From: a virus
Lineage: Duplodnaviria; Caudoviricetes
Virus record (IMG/VR): IMGVR_UViG_3300012942_000072
Coordinates: 1-43,359 of that record
Strand: one strand, 5' to 3'
Length of the DNA: 43,359 nucleotides
The notes under the pieces are model-generated. The model ran no database searches. It saw only the letters and a program-made list of their open reading frames with translations, and was not told the DNA's origin. This document shows, in pieces, positions 1-8,573 of the stretch; the first letter of the stretch is position 1, and every line of letters begins with the position of its first letter. Both the position numbers and the translations under genes were made by a program.

Positions 1-123
1 ACCGTCATGCCCAATGAGAGCAATGGCATCTGCTCACCTCCCCATCCGTGAGGAATAGAACATATGCGCGAGTGCGTGACTTCACAAGGCCGTAACCGTG
101 TCGTACCCAAACGTCCGCTTCTG
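1..123. repeat. Terminal direct repeat copy 1 (circular assembly overlap)
   Basis: 1-123 is identical to 43237-43359. Confidence 0.97.
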
Positions 124-189
124 GCCCGTTGAGACCGTTTTGGGATGCGGCAAGATGCTCAACGTCCGCATCAAATCCGGGAGGGAAAC

Positions 190-543
190 ATGAGCGACAC
201 GACGATTGCGGCTGAGATGGCGGCGGCGCGCCTGTCAAAACGCGCGACTTCCTTGGACGACACCGCCGCATTCGTGATCTTCATCGCGATCATCATGCTG
301 CTCGGTGGCGTGATCAGCGGGTGGGCTGTCGCGGCGCACAAGGAGCAGACGTGTGCGGGTAGCGGCTTCTCCCAGGCGTGCACCGATGGCCATCCATGGA
401 TGGGCGTCGGGATCACGATCATTGCTTCGGGCGTCGTGACGTTTGCGCTCTGGCTTCTCCTCGCGCTCGCGGCGCGCGCCTACGCGGCAAAGCTCGACTA
501 TCAACTCGCCGTGGACGGCTGGAGCGATGAGGGCGACGACTAG
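190..543 (+). CDS. Two-TM membrane protein with a Cys-pair loop, downstream of the repressor
   Basis: ATG at 190 after GGAGGG RBS; two hydrophobic helices flank CAGSGFSQAC. Confidence 0.75.
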   Translation: MSDTTIAAEMAAARLSKRATSLDDTAAFVIFIAIIMLLGGVISGWAVAAHKEQTCAGSGFSQACTDGHPWMGVGITIIASGVVTFALWLLLALAARAYAAKLDYQLAVDGWSDEGDD

Positions 544-1805
544 CCCAGCGCCGCATCCACGGCCGCGGTGATCGCCTCAGCCGCGCCCCGGGGATGGCCG
601 TATCGGTCGACGGTGGTCTGGATCGACTCGTGCCCTGCGCGCCGCTGGATTTCGGCGAGGTTGATCCCCGCGTCGATCAGCCAGGAGATGTGGGTGTGGC
701 GTAGGTCGTGAATGCGGGGCCGTTTCTGCAGTGCGCCCGCGTGCTGGCACGGCTCGGGGCGTGGGATTTCCCGCTTGACCTTCCGCTTGTAGTTGGCCCG
801 CCATGCTCGTTCCCACGCCGCGAAGTCGGCCATGAGCGCGGGGCGGCAGGTGTCGCAGCAGCGGGCCGCGAACACGGCCGGTGCCCATTGGCGTAGGTAG
901 AAGTTGGCGTGTCTCACGGGCGACCCGTCGGGCAGGGTGAACAGCATCGCGGTCGGCAGCTTGCCCCTGACATAACGCTTCAACAGCGCGTCTTGTTTGG
1001 GCGAGAGGTCCAGGTCCCGGCGGGATCGGCGGGTCTTCGGTTCCCCCAGCTCCCAGGAGTTCTTCCGTCGTTTCCATGCTCGGCGGACGCGCAGGGTCGA
1101 GCCGTCCACGTCCCGGACTTGCAGGGCGGTGGCCTCGCCCCACCGCATTCCCGTCCCGACCAGCAGGGTGATCAGGTCGCGTGGCATGCCCTCCTCGAGC
1201 TGTGCGGCGAGCAGCGCGAACTCGGCGTGAGTGAGGAACACCATCTCGTCCCCGGTCGCCGGCGGGGCGTCCAGGGCACCCTTCGCGGGGTTGAAGTCGA
1301 TCAGCCGATCCTTGCTCATCGCGTCGTCCAGGATGGAGGACAGGAAGGCGTGGACGTTCGCGATCGTCTTCGGTGCGCGGCCTTTGGCGCGCAGGGCGTC
1401 CGCGACGGCGATCACGTCGAAGCGGGTAACGGCGTTGAGGCGCTTGTGGCCGATGACGGGGTTGATGTGTAGCCGCAGCATCGTCTCGTATCCGTGCCGG
1501 GTGTGTTCGTCGGCCTTGGAGCGCGCGGCGAGGGTCTTGGCTGCGTAGTCCCTCAAGCGCGGGACCGTCTCGTCCTCGACGTCCCATCCGACGCCGGGGG
1601 TCCAGCCGCGTGGCCAGCGGTTGCGGCCCTTGCCGTCGACCTCGACGTGCCGCTTGAACTCCTCGGCGTCCGCGCGTGCCTTCCGTGTTCCGGTGCGGTC
1701 ATCGCGTGCGGCGGAGAACGACTCGTACTGCTTGGCGCCGTCCTCGCGCCAGCAGACTCGGTAGGTGATGGAGAGGGGGAGTTCGCGGACCTCGATAGAC
1801 GCCAT
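540..1805 (-). CDS. int: Tyrosine integrase
   Basis: TGMRWGE, KT, HDLRH, GH and YGH catalytic motifs; AGGAGG RBS; adjacent attP. Confidence 0.97.
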   Translation of the reverse strand: MASIEVRELPLSITYRVCWREDGAKQYESFSAARDDRTGTRKARADAEEFKRHVEVDGKGRNRWPRGWTPGVGWDVEDETVPRLRDYAAKTLAARSKADEHTRHGYETMLRLHINPVIGHKRLNAVTRFDVIAVADALRAKGRAPKTIANVHAFLSSILDDAMSKDRLIDFNPAKGALDAPPATGDEMVFLTHAEFALLAAQLEEGMPRDLITLLVGTGMRWGEATALQVRDVDGSTLRVRRAWKRRKNSWELGEPKTRRSRRDLDLSPKQDALLKRYVRGKLPTAMLFTLPDGSPVRHANFYLRQWAPAVFAARCCDTCRPALMADFAAWERAWRANYKRKVKREIPRPEPCQHAGALQKRPRIHDLRHTHISWLIDAGINLAEIQRRAGHESIQTTVDRYGHPRGAAEAITAAVDAALG

Positions 1806-1953
1806 GACTAGCCCTCCTGTACGCCGTTGACTTGTGTCCCCATTGGGGACAACTTAGCCGGTAGATACGTCGAATATAGAACGTACTCGGAGGCTACATG
1901 CCCCGTGTTTGCTGGCCCAGAGTACGTCCGTGTTCGATTCCACCGTACTCCAT

Positions 1954-1981
1954 GCGCGGGTTCGAGCCCCGTCACTCACCC
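1954..1981 (+). other. attP core: 3' part (T-arm and acceptor strand) of a tRNA, most likely tRNA-His
   Basis: GCGGGTTCGAGCCCCGTCACTCACCC matches the 3' end typical of actinobacterial tRNA-His; no 5' half present. Confidence 0.85.
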
Positions 1982-1986
1982 GACTC

Positions 1987-2028
1987 AGAGGCCCCGTGAT
2001 CATTGGTCACGGGGCCTCTCACTATTTT
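1987..2028 (+). terminator. Intrinsic terminator for the reconstituted host tRNA
   Basis: AGAGGCCCCGTGAT...GTCACGGGGCCTCT stem followed by a T-rich stretch. Confidence 0.8.
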
Positions 2029-2101
2029 CGCTGGGGACAGAATGGGGACAATGGTCCTCTCGCCCCGCGCACGTGCTCGGCCGCTACCGGTAAGAATGCC
2101 G

Positions 2102-2142
2102 AAAGCCGCCTCACCCACCGACCGGAGTCAGGGGTGAGGCGG
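2102..2142 (-). terminator. Terminator at the end of the late operon
   Basis: CCGCCTCACCC/GGGTGAGGCGG stem followed by CTTTC on the - strand. Confidence 0.65.
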
Positions 2143-2186
2143 GATCCGGCCCCGGCATCGAGCAGGGGGGCAGTATCGAGGAGCTG

Positions 2187-2483
2187 TCAGACCAGGGTGA
2201 TCGTCGGTCCGGTCTCGACGTCGAGGACAGGGGCGTCCGCGATCCGCAGCAGGGGGCGCAGCGATCTGGTGACCGTGGCTTGCGTGTCCGCCGCGTCCAT
2301 CCCCACCGCCGTGGCGTCGAAATCGGGGCCGGCGATCAGCCACGCCCACGTGCCATCCGATGCGGTGCCGTCGAGCCAGGTCGTCCCGGCGTCGAAGGAT
2401 GCCTGCCACGTCCCAGCCAGGGTGGGGGTGGTGGTGATCGAGACCGAGTACCAGTCCCTCTCGGCGCGGTTGAGCCGCATCAT
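2187..2483 (-). CDS. Putative virion/tail-associated protein
   Basis: GGAGG RBS; Thr-rich beta-type composition; start overlaps upstream stop. Confidence 0.65.
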   Translation of the reverse strand: MMRLNRAERDWYSVSITTTPTLAGTWQASFDAGTTWLDGTASDGTWAWLIAGPDFDATAVGMDAADTQATVTRSLRPLLRIADAPVLDVETGPTITLV

Positions 2484-2632
2484 GCCTCCTGGATGAGAGT
2501 GGTGCGGGAACGGTCGAGGACCGTGGCGGTCCGCGGGTCGGTGCCGTCCGAGCTGACCTGCTGGGAGTACGGCACGCCCTGCGTCATCGCCGGCAGCGAT
2601 GACGGGCTGATCGTCGTGACCGGATTGGCCAT
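2480..2632 (-). CDS. 50-aa protein resembling the start of an Ig-like (He_PIG-type) domain; probably internally deleted
   Basis: Hand translation MANPVTTISPSSLPAMTQGVPYSQQVSSDG...; fills the gap between neighbours exactly. Confidence 0.6.
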   Translation of the reverse strand: MANPVTTISPSSLPAMTQGVPYSQQVSSDGTDPRTATVLDRSRTTLIQEA

Positions 2633-2635
2633 CGG

Positions 2636-3004
2636 CTAGTCCAGGGTGATTGAGATCGCCCCGACCGCCACGGTCAGCTCATCACCCGACGCCACCGTCT
2701 TGGACGCTGTGAGCGCGGTCCAGTCCGTCAGTTGCGTCCCGGACGACGCGGCGGAGAAGACCGCGAAATGGCTGATCGTCCCCGAGCCCGAGGCGGCGGC
2801 CGTGGTGAGCGCGGTGTTGTTCGCCTTCACGGACGGTGTCGCGGCAGTCGCGGCGGCCCAGCCGGTCGCACCGATCGCGGTACGCGCCAGATGCGCCGAC
2901 TCCGTCGAACCGTCCTCCGACCACGCGATGTAGTCCGTCCCACCACTGGTGGGGAACACAGCGTCGAGGGCGGTCTGCTGCGCCGCCTGCGAAAGTCCAG
3001 CCAT
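2636..3004 (-). CDS. Small tail-fibre/baseplate-type structural protein
   Basis: Start MAGLSQ after GAGGAG; GTISHFAVFSAASSGT...LTASKTVASGD pattern typical of small phage tail proteins. Confidence 0.75.
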   Translation of the reverse strand: MAGLSQAAQQTALDAVFPTSGGTDYIAWSEDGSTESAHLARTAIGATGWAAATAATPSVKANNTALTTAAASGSGTISHFAVFSAASSGTQLTDWTALTASKTVASGDELTVAVGAISITLD

Positions 3005-3018
3005 GATGGTCAATCTCC

Positions 3019-4095
3019 TCAGTAGGTGAACAGGACGTTCCAGTCGGCCCGGTGAATGTGGCCGGTCTGCTTGCGGTGCTCGTACCGCTGCCACTTCTTG
3101 ATGGCCTTGGCGGTGTGGTTGTCGTAGATCCCATCCGTGCGGACACGGATCTTGAGATGGATCTTGTTGTGCGTATCGAATGCGTTGATCCGCTTCTCTA
3201 TCGCCTTCACGTCGGCGCGCTCAGACTTACTCGCGCCGCCCAGGCTGGCCTTCGGCCCAGTGATCTGGCCGTAGTAGTTGCTCTTGGCGTACTTGGGCCA
3301 GGTGCGGTGCAACGTCTTCTTGACCGCGGGCTTGGCCGGGGGCTTGGGGGCTGCCTTGCTCCACGCGCCCAGATGCGTCGCGTCCAGGACCTCGTCGTAG
3401 TCGACCGTCCCACCCGCCAAGCTGTGACCGTTGGAGTACTGCCGGAACACGGCGTACTCGCTGATCTTCCCGCCCGACCAGGCGTAGGTCTGCCAGCACC
3501 AGGTCTTCAGGGCCTGGCAGACGTCGTACTCGCCATACGCCCGCGCCGGGTAACCGGGGCACGCAGCGCCAGCTCCCGCGATGTATGCACGCACCGCCAG
3601 CATCTGGGACGACGTGACGTCGAAGTCGACCGAATAGTAGATCGGCAGACCCTTCGGCACACCGAGCGCCGTCACCGCCGCACACGCGGCGCGGCCGGCG
3701 GCCAGACCAGTGTCACCACCACCCAACGCGGCACCAGCGGACGCCTCGTAGTTCAACAGCACACTCACACCAGCGGCCTGCCATGCGATGGCCTCGTTTT
3801 TGCTGAGTGCCTTCCCGCTGCCGGTGAGGTAACGGGCGGCGACGGTGACCCCTACCGCCCGCGCCTTGGCTGGGGTGGGGCAGGCGAAGGAGCAGTCGAT
3901 AGCGTGCGGCGGTGCGACCACGGTCAGTGGTGCAGCGAACGGTGTGGTTCTGGTGACGGCCAACCCGCCGACCGTCCCACCGGCAGCGACAGCGAGCGAC
4001 ACGACAGCCGACGCGATCTTGCGGGCCCGGGTCGCGGTCAACACCGCAATGACCCGTCTCACCCACGCGTACAGGCGCCTGATCATCTCCACCAT
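3019..4095 (-). CDS. Endolysin: DUF1906/GH25-like (Rv2525c-like) glycoside hydrolase with N-terminal hydrophobic segment and C-terminal peptidoglycan-binding-like domain
   Basis: AARYL, LNYE, IYYSVDFD, WQTYAWS motifs; DGIYDNHTAKAIKKWQ...TG-type binding motif. Confidence 0.88.
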   Translation of the reverse strand: MVEMIRRLYAWVRRVIAVLTATRARKIASAVVSLAVAAGGTVGGLAVTRTTPFAAPLTVVAPPHAIDCSFACPTPAKARAVGVTVAARYLTGSGKALSKNEAIAWQAAGVSVLLNYEASAGAALGGGDTGLAAGRAACAAVTALGVPKGLPIYYSVDFDVTSSQMLAVRAYIAGAGAACPGYPARAYGEYDVCQALKTWCWQTYAWSGGKISEYAVFRQYSNGHSLAGGTVDYDEVLDATHLGAWSKAAPKPPAKPAVKKTLHRTWPKYAKSNYYGQITGPKASLGGASKSERADVKAIEKRINAFDTHNKIHLKIRVRTDGIYDNHTAKAIKKWQRYEHRKQTGHIHRADWNVLFTY

Positions 4096-4421
4096 CCGAT
4101 CCAGAAGTGGCCCGTCAACCAGATGACGAGCAGGTCAATGAACGTCCATGCCGTCAACCACGTGATGAGAGACAGGACCCGCACCGCCGACCAGCCCGAC
4201 ACCGGGCCGGGGGCGACCTGCAGCAGCCGCCACACCTGCGCGCTGAGCGTGTCCTGCGGCCGGCCGTGAGCCAGCACCCAGAACTCGTAGACCAGAAAGA
4301 ACGCGATCGCGGCAGCGACCAGCAACGCCACCGTGATGGCCCACCATCGCCACACCGTCGAGGAGAACCGCGATGGTTCAACTGACGTGGCGCCGGCGTA
4401 CAGCCTCAGCATCGGCCCCAT
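4083..4421 (-). CDS. Two-TM membrane protein, holin candidate
   Basis: Two hydrophobic helices; coupled to the protease stop and endolysin start. Confidence 0.65.
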   Translation of the reverse strand: MGPMLRLYAGATSVEPSRFSSTVWRWWAITVALLVAAAIAFFLVYEFWVLAHGRPQDTLSAQVWRLLQVAPGPVSGWSAVRVLSLITWLTAWTFIDLLVIWLTGHFWIGWWR

Positions 4422-5212
4422 CACGAGGCCTTCCGGATTACCCAGAAATCGCTGCCGTACAGCGGCATGTAGTCGGCGGGGATCAGGCAGTAACCCGTGC
4501 GTCCCTGATAGACGAGGCCCCACGAGTTGCGGACCTTGACGTACAGCGTGTCGGGTTCGGCGTTCGGGTAGTCGCGCCACTCCCGGCCGAACCCGACACC
4601 GAAGATCGCCATGCAATGCCCACCGATCACCTGCTCGTCAGGGCCGGGCATCGGCACCACACCAGAAGCCAACGTCACCTGATCCTCGAACGAGGAGTAG
4701 AGGCTCACACCGATCACGACCGGGAACCCCTGCGACAGACACCCTTGGATCGCCCCGTGGTCGCAGCCGACACGGGCGTAGTCGAGACCGACGTTCGCCA
4801 ACCCCGCCGCACGCACACTGTCGGGCGGCTGGACCGCGAACTGGCTGACGTCATACGGCCACAGGTCCTCCGGGGCGATGCCCTGCGTGGTGGCCTTGAT
4901 CGCGTCGCGGATCATCCCGCCCGCATCCTGATCGACGGTGCCTTCCAGCACCCGGGTGTCGTAGTACAACTGCAGGCGACTGAGCATCGGGTCGTCCGCG
5001 CCCGACTTCGCAGCGGCGAACAGAAACGCGGCGAGGGTGCCATGCGCCGAACAACTGCCCAACTGCCCCTGATCCCAGATGGGTGGGGTCGCCGGGTCCG
5101 GTTCGAGGTCGATGAACTGGTACGGCGTTGGTGTGGCGGCGTGTAGCCGGTCACGATCATCCGGTACATCGGGGATCAGTCCGAGGCCGAAACCTCTTGG
5201 TGTCGTAGGCAA
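4421..5212 (-). CDS. Papain-like cysteine peptidase (C1 family)
   Basis: DQGQLGSC (Gln/Cys), GGHC (His) and RNSWG (Asn) motifs; GGAGG RBS. Confidence 0.92.
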   Translation of the reverse strand: MPTTPRGFGLGLIPDVPDDRDRLHAATPTPYQFIDLEPDPATPPIWDQGQLGSCSAHGTLAAFLFAAAKSGADDPMLSRLQLYYDTRVLEGTVDQDAGGMIRDAIKATTQGIAPEDLWPYDVSQFAVQPPDSVRAAGLANVGLDYARVGCDHGAIQGCLSQGFPVVIGVSLYSSFEDQVTLASGVVPMPGPDEQVIGGHCMAIFGVGFGREWRDYPNAEPDTLYVKVRNSWGLVYQGRTGYCLIPADYMPLYGSDFWVIRKAS

Positions 5213-5227
5213 TTCTTCCTCCGGGGA

Positions 5228-5259
5228 CGACGAAGGCCCCCGCGCGGTTGCGGAGGCCT
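5228..5259 (-). terminator. Hairpin/terminator upstream of the protease gene
   Basis: AGGCCTCCGC...GCGGGGGCCT stem followed by TCGTCGT. Confidence 0.5.
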
Positions 5260-5297
5260 ATTCGAAAGATCAGCTTGAGAGTGGGTGTCGAGTGGGG

Positions 5298-5465
5298 CTA
5301 ATGCAGGCGGGATTCAGCCACCCCGGCCAGGCACTCGACCTGACGGCGCAACGCCCGCACCTCTACCGCCAGACGCCACTCCAACGCCGTCGGATACACC
5401 CCAGCCACAGGACGACCGGAGACGACCTGCTCGAGCAGACCGTCCGGGACGCGAGTGTCGGTCAC
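5298..5465 (-). CDS. Hypothetical 55-aa protein
   Basis: GTG immediately after the upstream stop with a GGAGG RBS; hand translated. Confidence 0.5.
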   Translation of the reverse strand: MTDTRVPDGLLEQVVSGRPVAGVYPTALEWRLAVEVRALRRQVECLAGVAESRLH

Positions 5466-5753
5466 CTACTTGCCCTCCTGCAGGTAGCGGACGATCGTCG
5501 CCAGCTCCGTCGTGGACTGCTTCAGCGCGTCGATCGCCTTGTCCTGCTGGCCCTTCTTCGACCACAGGTCGTCGATCGACTTGTCGTGCTGCCCGATCTT
5601 GGTGCCGATCGCGATCAGCGCCTCGTTCTGTTTGATCATCGCGGCGTCCTGCTTGTCGAGGCGGTGCTGCAACCGCTGCCAGCCGTAGCCGCCTGCAGCG
5701 AGGATCGCGGTCGTCGCGATCGGTAACTCAGCGATGAAGTACGCATTGCTCAC
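5466..5753 (-). CDS. Single-TM coiled-coil protein (holin/lysis accessory candidate)
   Basis: N-terminal TM followed by a heptad coil; GGAGG RBS; position in lysis cassette. Confidence 0.7.
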   Translation of the reverse strand: MSNAYFIAELPIATTAILAAGGYGWQRLQHRLDKQDAAMIKQNEALIAIGTKIGQHDKSIDDLWSKKGQQDKAIDALKQSTTELATIVRYLQEGK

Positions 5754-5829
5754 CGCTCCTCCCTTCGGTCGTCAGCTCAGACTCGGGCTGGATCGCGATC
5801 GGGCCTGCCTGATGCCCTATCGATGATGA

Positions 5830-6402
5830 TCACGCCGTCAGGCTCCACGACACGCCCGCGAAGTCCATCGTGTTCACGGACGTGGTGCTCCACGAGCCGG
5901 CGGCCATGCCCTTGAACAGCAGGCTCGTAGCGGTGCCGGTGCCCGCGTAGTTGCCGATCGCGGCCACAGCGACAGCACCGGACGCGTTCTGCAGGGTGAA
6001 CACGGCGCGTAGCGGGACCTGGATAGCGTTCGGCACCGAAACGATGACCCCGTTCGCGGCGGGCGCCGTGCCGTACACGCCGCCACGCCAATACACCCGA
6101 TCACCCTGCACGCGATAGGCGAGAGAGTTCGACGTCAGCCCGGACGCGATCGCCAGACCCGTCGAGATCCACCCGGTATCCGACGTGACGTCCACCCACG
6201 CCGAGCCGGAATAGATCTTGCAGGTGCCGTCGTCAGCATCGACCCACATCGTGCCCGCGACCGGTGAGGACGGCGCGCTTGAGCCGTAGTACGGGAGCGT
6301 CGCGTCCACGTCGTCGGCAAGGTTGCCGATCTGCGTGGGCCCGTCCGGCGCCTCGCTGATCAGCGGATAGCGCAGGGAGTGGATCGAGGTGGTTCCGGGC
6401 AT
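5830..6402 (-). CDS. Minor tail protein
   Basis: LRYP...DGP..I..LA..VD N-terminus and SDTGW motif typical of actinophage tail proteins. Confidence 0.8.
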   Translation of the reverse strand: MPGTTSIHSLRYPLISEAPDGPTQIGNLADDVDATLPYYGSSAPSSPVAGTMWVDADDGTCKIYSGSAWVDVTSDTGWISTGLAIASGLTSNSLAYRVQGDRVYWRGGVYGTAPAANGVIVSVPNAIQVPLRAVFTLQNASGAVAVAAIGNYAGTGTATSLLFKGMAAGSWSTTSVNTMDFAGVSWSLTA

Positions 6403-7388
6403 TAGCTACTCCTTTGCCAGGTGATCTTGAGGGCACCAGCCGAACCCGAGGTGTCCAGGCCGGCCAGGACGAGCCCGGGGTTGTTGTGGATTCCGATCGA
6501 GCCGCCCGCATCAACGAGCGCCTGCGCGAACGTGATCGGGATGTCGAACCAGCCGGACTGACCCTCTTTAAGCGAGGCGTCATACGTGTTGCCGGTGTCG
6601 AAGGTCAGCGCTCCGCCAGGCCGCGTGTTGTTCGCGACCCTGATCAGGTGGACGGCCGCAGCGCCCGTGGTGGTGAGGTTGGCCATCAGGTTCAGCCAGA
6701 TCTGCGCCCGCGTGACCGTCGCGCCGGCGAGAGACGCGCGGACTTTGCCGTTGTAGAACCAGGCGCCCGTGTACGGAGAGCTGGGCGCGATGGGCAGTGT
6801 GCCTTGCCGGACGTCGCCGCTGTACCACTTGCTGCCGAGGTAGTACGCCGAGGACGAGGCGGGGACCGTGATCGTCCCTGTGGTGATCGTCGGTGCCGGG
6901 GGCGGTGCGACGGCTTCCCCACCGCCGGGACTGCCGCCGTCTGTCGGCGTGCCGGTCTTCCCGTCCTTGCCGAGCACCCAGCCGGTCTGTGAGTCCAGCC
7001 AGAGGATCCGCACCACGTCGGCCACGGTCGGGGTGTAGGCAGCGTTCCACGGCAGGCTCAGCGAGCCGAGTGATGTGGAGACGGTGATCACCGATGAATT
7101 GGACGGGACCGCGGTGACCGTTCCTGAAGATGGCAGCACTTTCGTGACCGCTGGGCCGATGATGCGGTACGTGCCGCCCTGCGCGGTGATCGTCACCTGA
7201 TCACCTACGCGCACGGGTGCGCTGAGCATGATCAGGCCAGTGAGGATGGCGCCAGCTACGTTCACGGTCACGTTCCCCGATGAGTCGATTGCGGTGACGG
7301 TGCCGGACAAGGTCCGGCCAGCGCCCGAACGAACGGCGCGATCGGCGCGCGCGATGACCTGTGCGGCGAGGGATCCGCTGTCTCTCAC
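6402..7388 (-). CDS. Minor tail protein
   Basis: Synteny; Gly/Thr-rich with GAWFY motif. Confidence 0.8.
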   Translation of the reverse strand: MRDSGSLAAQVIARADRAVRSGAGRTLSGTVTAIDSSGNVTVNVAGAILTGLIMLSAPVRVGDQVTITAQGGTYRIIGPAVTKVLPSSGTVTAVPSNSSVITVSTSLGSLSLPWNAAYTPTVADVVRILWLDSQTGWVLGKDGKTGTPTDGGSPGGGEAVAPPPAPTITTGTITVPASSSAYYLGSKWYSGDVRQGTLPIAPSSPYTGAWFYNGKVRASLAGATVTRAQIWLNLMANLTTTGAAAVHLIRVANNTRPGGALTFDTGNTYDASLKEGQSGWFDIPITFAQALVDAGGSIGIHNNPGLVLAGLDTSGSAGALKITWQRSS

Positions 7389-8569
7389 AGCGAACTCCGG
7401 GGAACGGCAAGATCGACCTGCATCGTGGTGGCCCCGACCGTTGCGGTGATCTTCTGCACCCAGCCCGTCAGGCGGGTGATCTGGTAGGTGCCGTCCCCAG
7501 CGGGGATGGTCACGGCCATCACGTCCAGCGTCTCCAAGGCATGGTTGGCCGGGACGGTGATCGGGACGATCGCGACCCGATTGGCCCTTAGGTTCGCCAG
7601 GTACGTGGCGGCGTCGGCAGTGGCCTGTGCAGCGGTGGCGATCAGCGGGGAGTCGTGCTCCTCTACGACCTGCCCGTAGGGGCCGCCGTAGGCGAACGGC
7701 CCTTCAGTCTCGGTGGCCCAGCCGATCAGCTGAGTCCCGTCAGCAGCGGTGCCGATCGAGCGGACCGCGTTCGCGCCGATCTGGGCGCGGTCCCACTGTC
7801 GGGAGAACTGCTGCAACAGCGGCACCGAGACGGCATCTGCGGCGACTGTCACCTCCCAATCAGGGGTGGACAGGTCAGTGACGGCCTTCGGGACCAGCGA
7901 CAGCGCGCCGTCCATGTTGATGCGGGCGGTCATGTTCAGTAGGTCGGCCAGGGTCTGGATCGCCGAACCACGGTCGGTGGTGTAGTCCCAGACGGTGGAT
8001 TGCGGGATCGCCTTGTCGGTGATGCCCGACAGGTCCGAGATTGTGACCCCGGTGTGCTGGGCTAGGCGGGTGATCTCCGCGATCACCGAGGTCAGCGAGG
8101 GCGGCTGCTCCGGAGCCAAGAACTGGTCCTCTGAGAGCGCGGCCCACGCGTCCTGTGCCTGCCCGATGCTCAATGTCACGCCGCGGGGTGCGACCTGCAC
8201 CGGGTCGGTTGGATTCTTGCGGTACTGCTGCCAGTACTCCTTGGTCTGCCCGGAAACGATCCGTAGCCAGCCACACGACAGCAGCTCGGCTGGGCCGTTG
8301 GGGATCTGCATCCCCATCCGCACATGCAACTGTGCGGTGACGCCGAGCGGCCCCAGCCCGAGGGCGTCGGGGATCAGGGAGTCGTCGTCGGTGGCGAAGG
8401 TGAATGACCCGGAAGTGTGCACCGCCGAGGTGGAGTCCATCGTGACCGAGCCCGAGACCACGGGCATCTTATCGGCGACCAACTGCCCGTTGACCCACGC
8501 GTCGACCTGCGCGAGCGGGGTGAACGATCCGAGCATCGCCGAGGCGTAGTCGGCCGAGTGGTCCAGCAT
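7385..8569 (-). CDS. Minor tail protein (baseplate hub, DUF5047-like)
   Basis: Second gene after tape measure; GPFAYGGPYG...SPLI motif. Confidence 0.8.
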   Translation of the reverse strand: MLDHSADYASAMLGSFTPLAQVDAWVNGQLVADKMPVVSGSVTMDSTSAVHTSGSFTFATDDDSLIPDALGLGPLGVTAQLHVRMGMQIPNGPAELLSCGWLRIVSGQTKEYWQQYRKNPTDPVQVAPRGVTLSIGQAQDAWAALSEDQFLAPEQPPSLTSVIAEITRLAQHTGVTISDLSGITDKAIPQSTVWDYTTDRGSAIQTLADLLNMTARINMDGALSLVPKAVTDLSTPDWEVTVAADAVSVPLLQQFSRQWDRAQIGANAVRSIGTAADGTQLIGWATETEGPFAYGGPYGQVVEEHDSPLIATAAQATADAATYLANLRANRVAIVPITVPANHALETLDVMAVTIPAGDGTYQITRLTGWVQKITATVGATTMQVDLAVPRSSL

Positions 8570-8573
8570 CGCC

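Larger units (their letters stand above)
1835..2050. other. attP region with four TGGGGACA arm-type sites
   Basis: TGTCCCCA 1835-1842 and TGGGGACA at 1844-1851, 2032-2039 and 2043-2050 flank a tRNA-derived core. Confidence 0.85.

Noticed and set aside
1-123. 123-bp terminal repeat as a biological direct terminal repeat
   Set aside because: It cuts through the repressor 3' end, far from the terminase; best explained as assembly overlap of a circle
1954-1981. Complete tRNA gene
   Set aside because: Only the 3' part is present; it is the attP core
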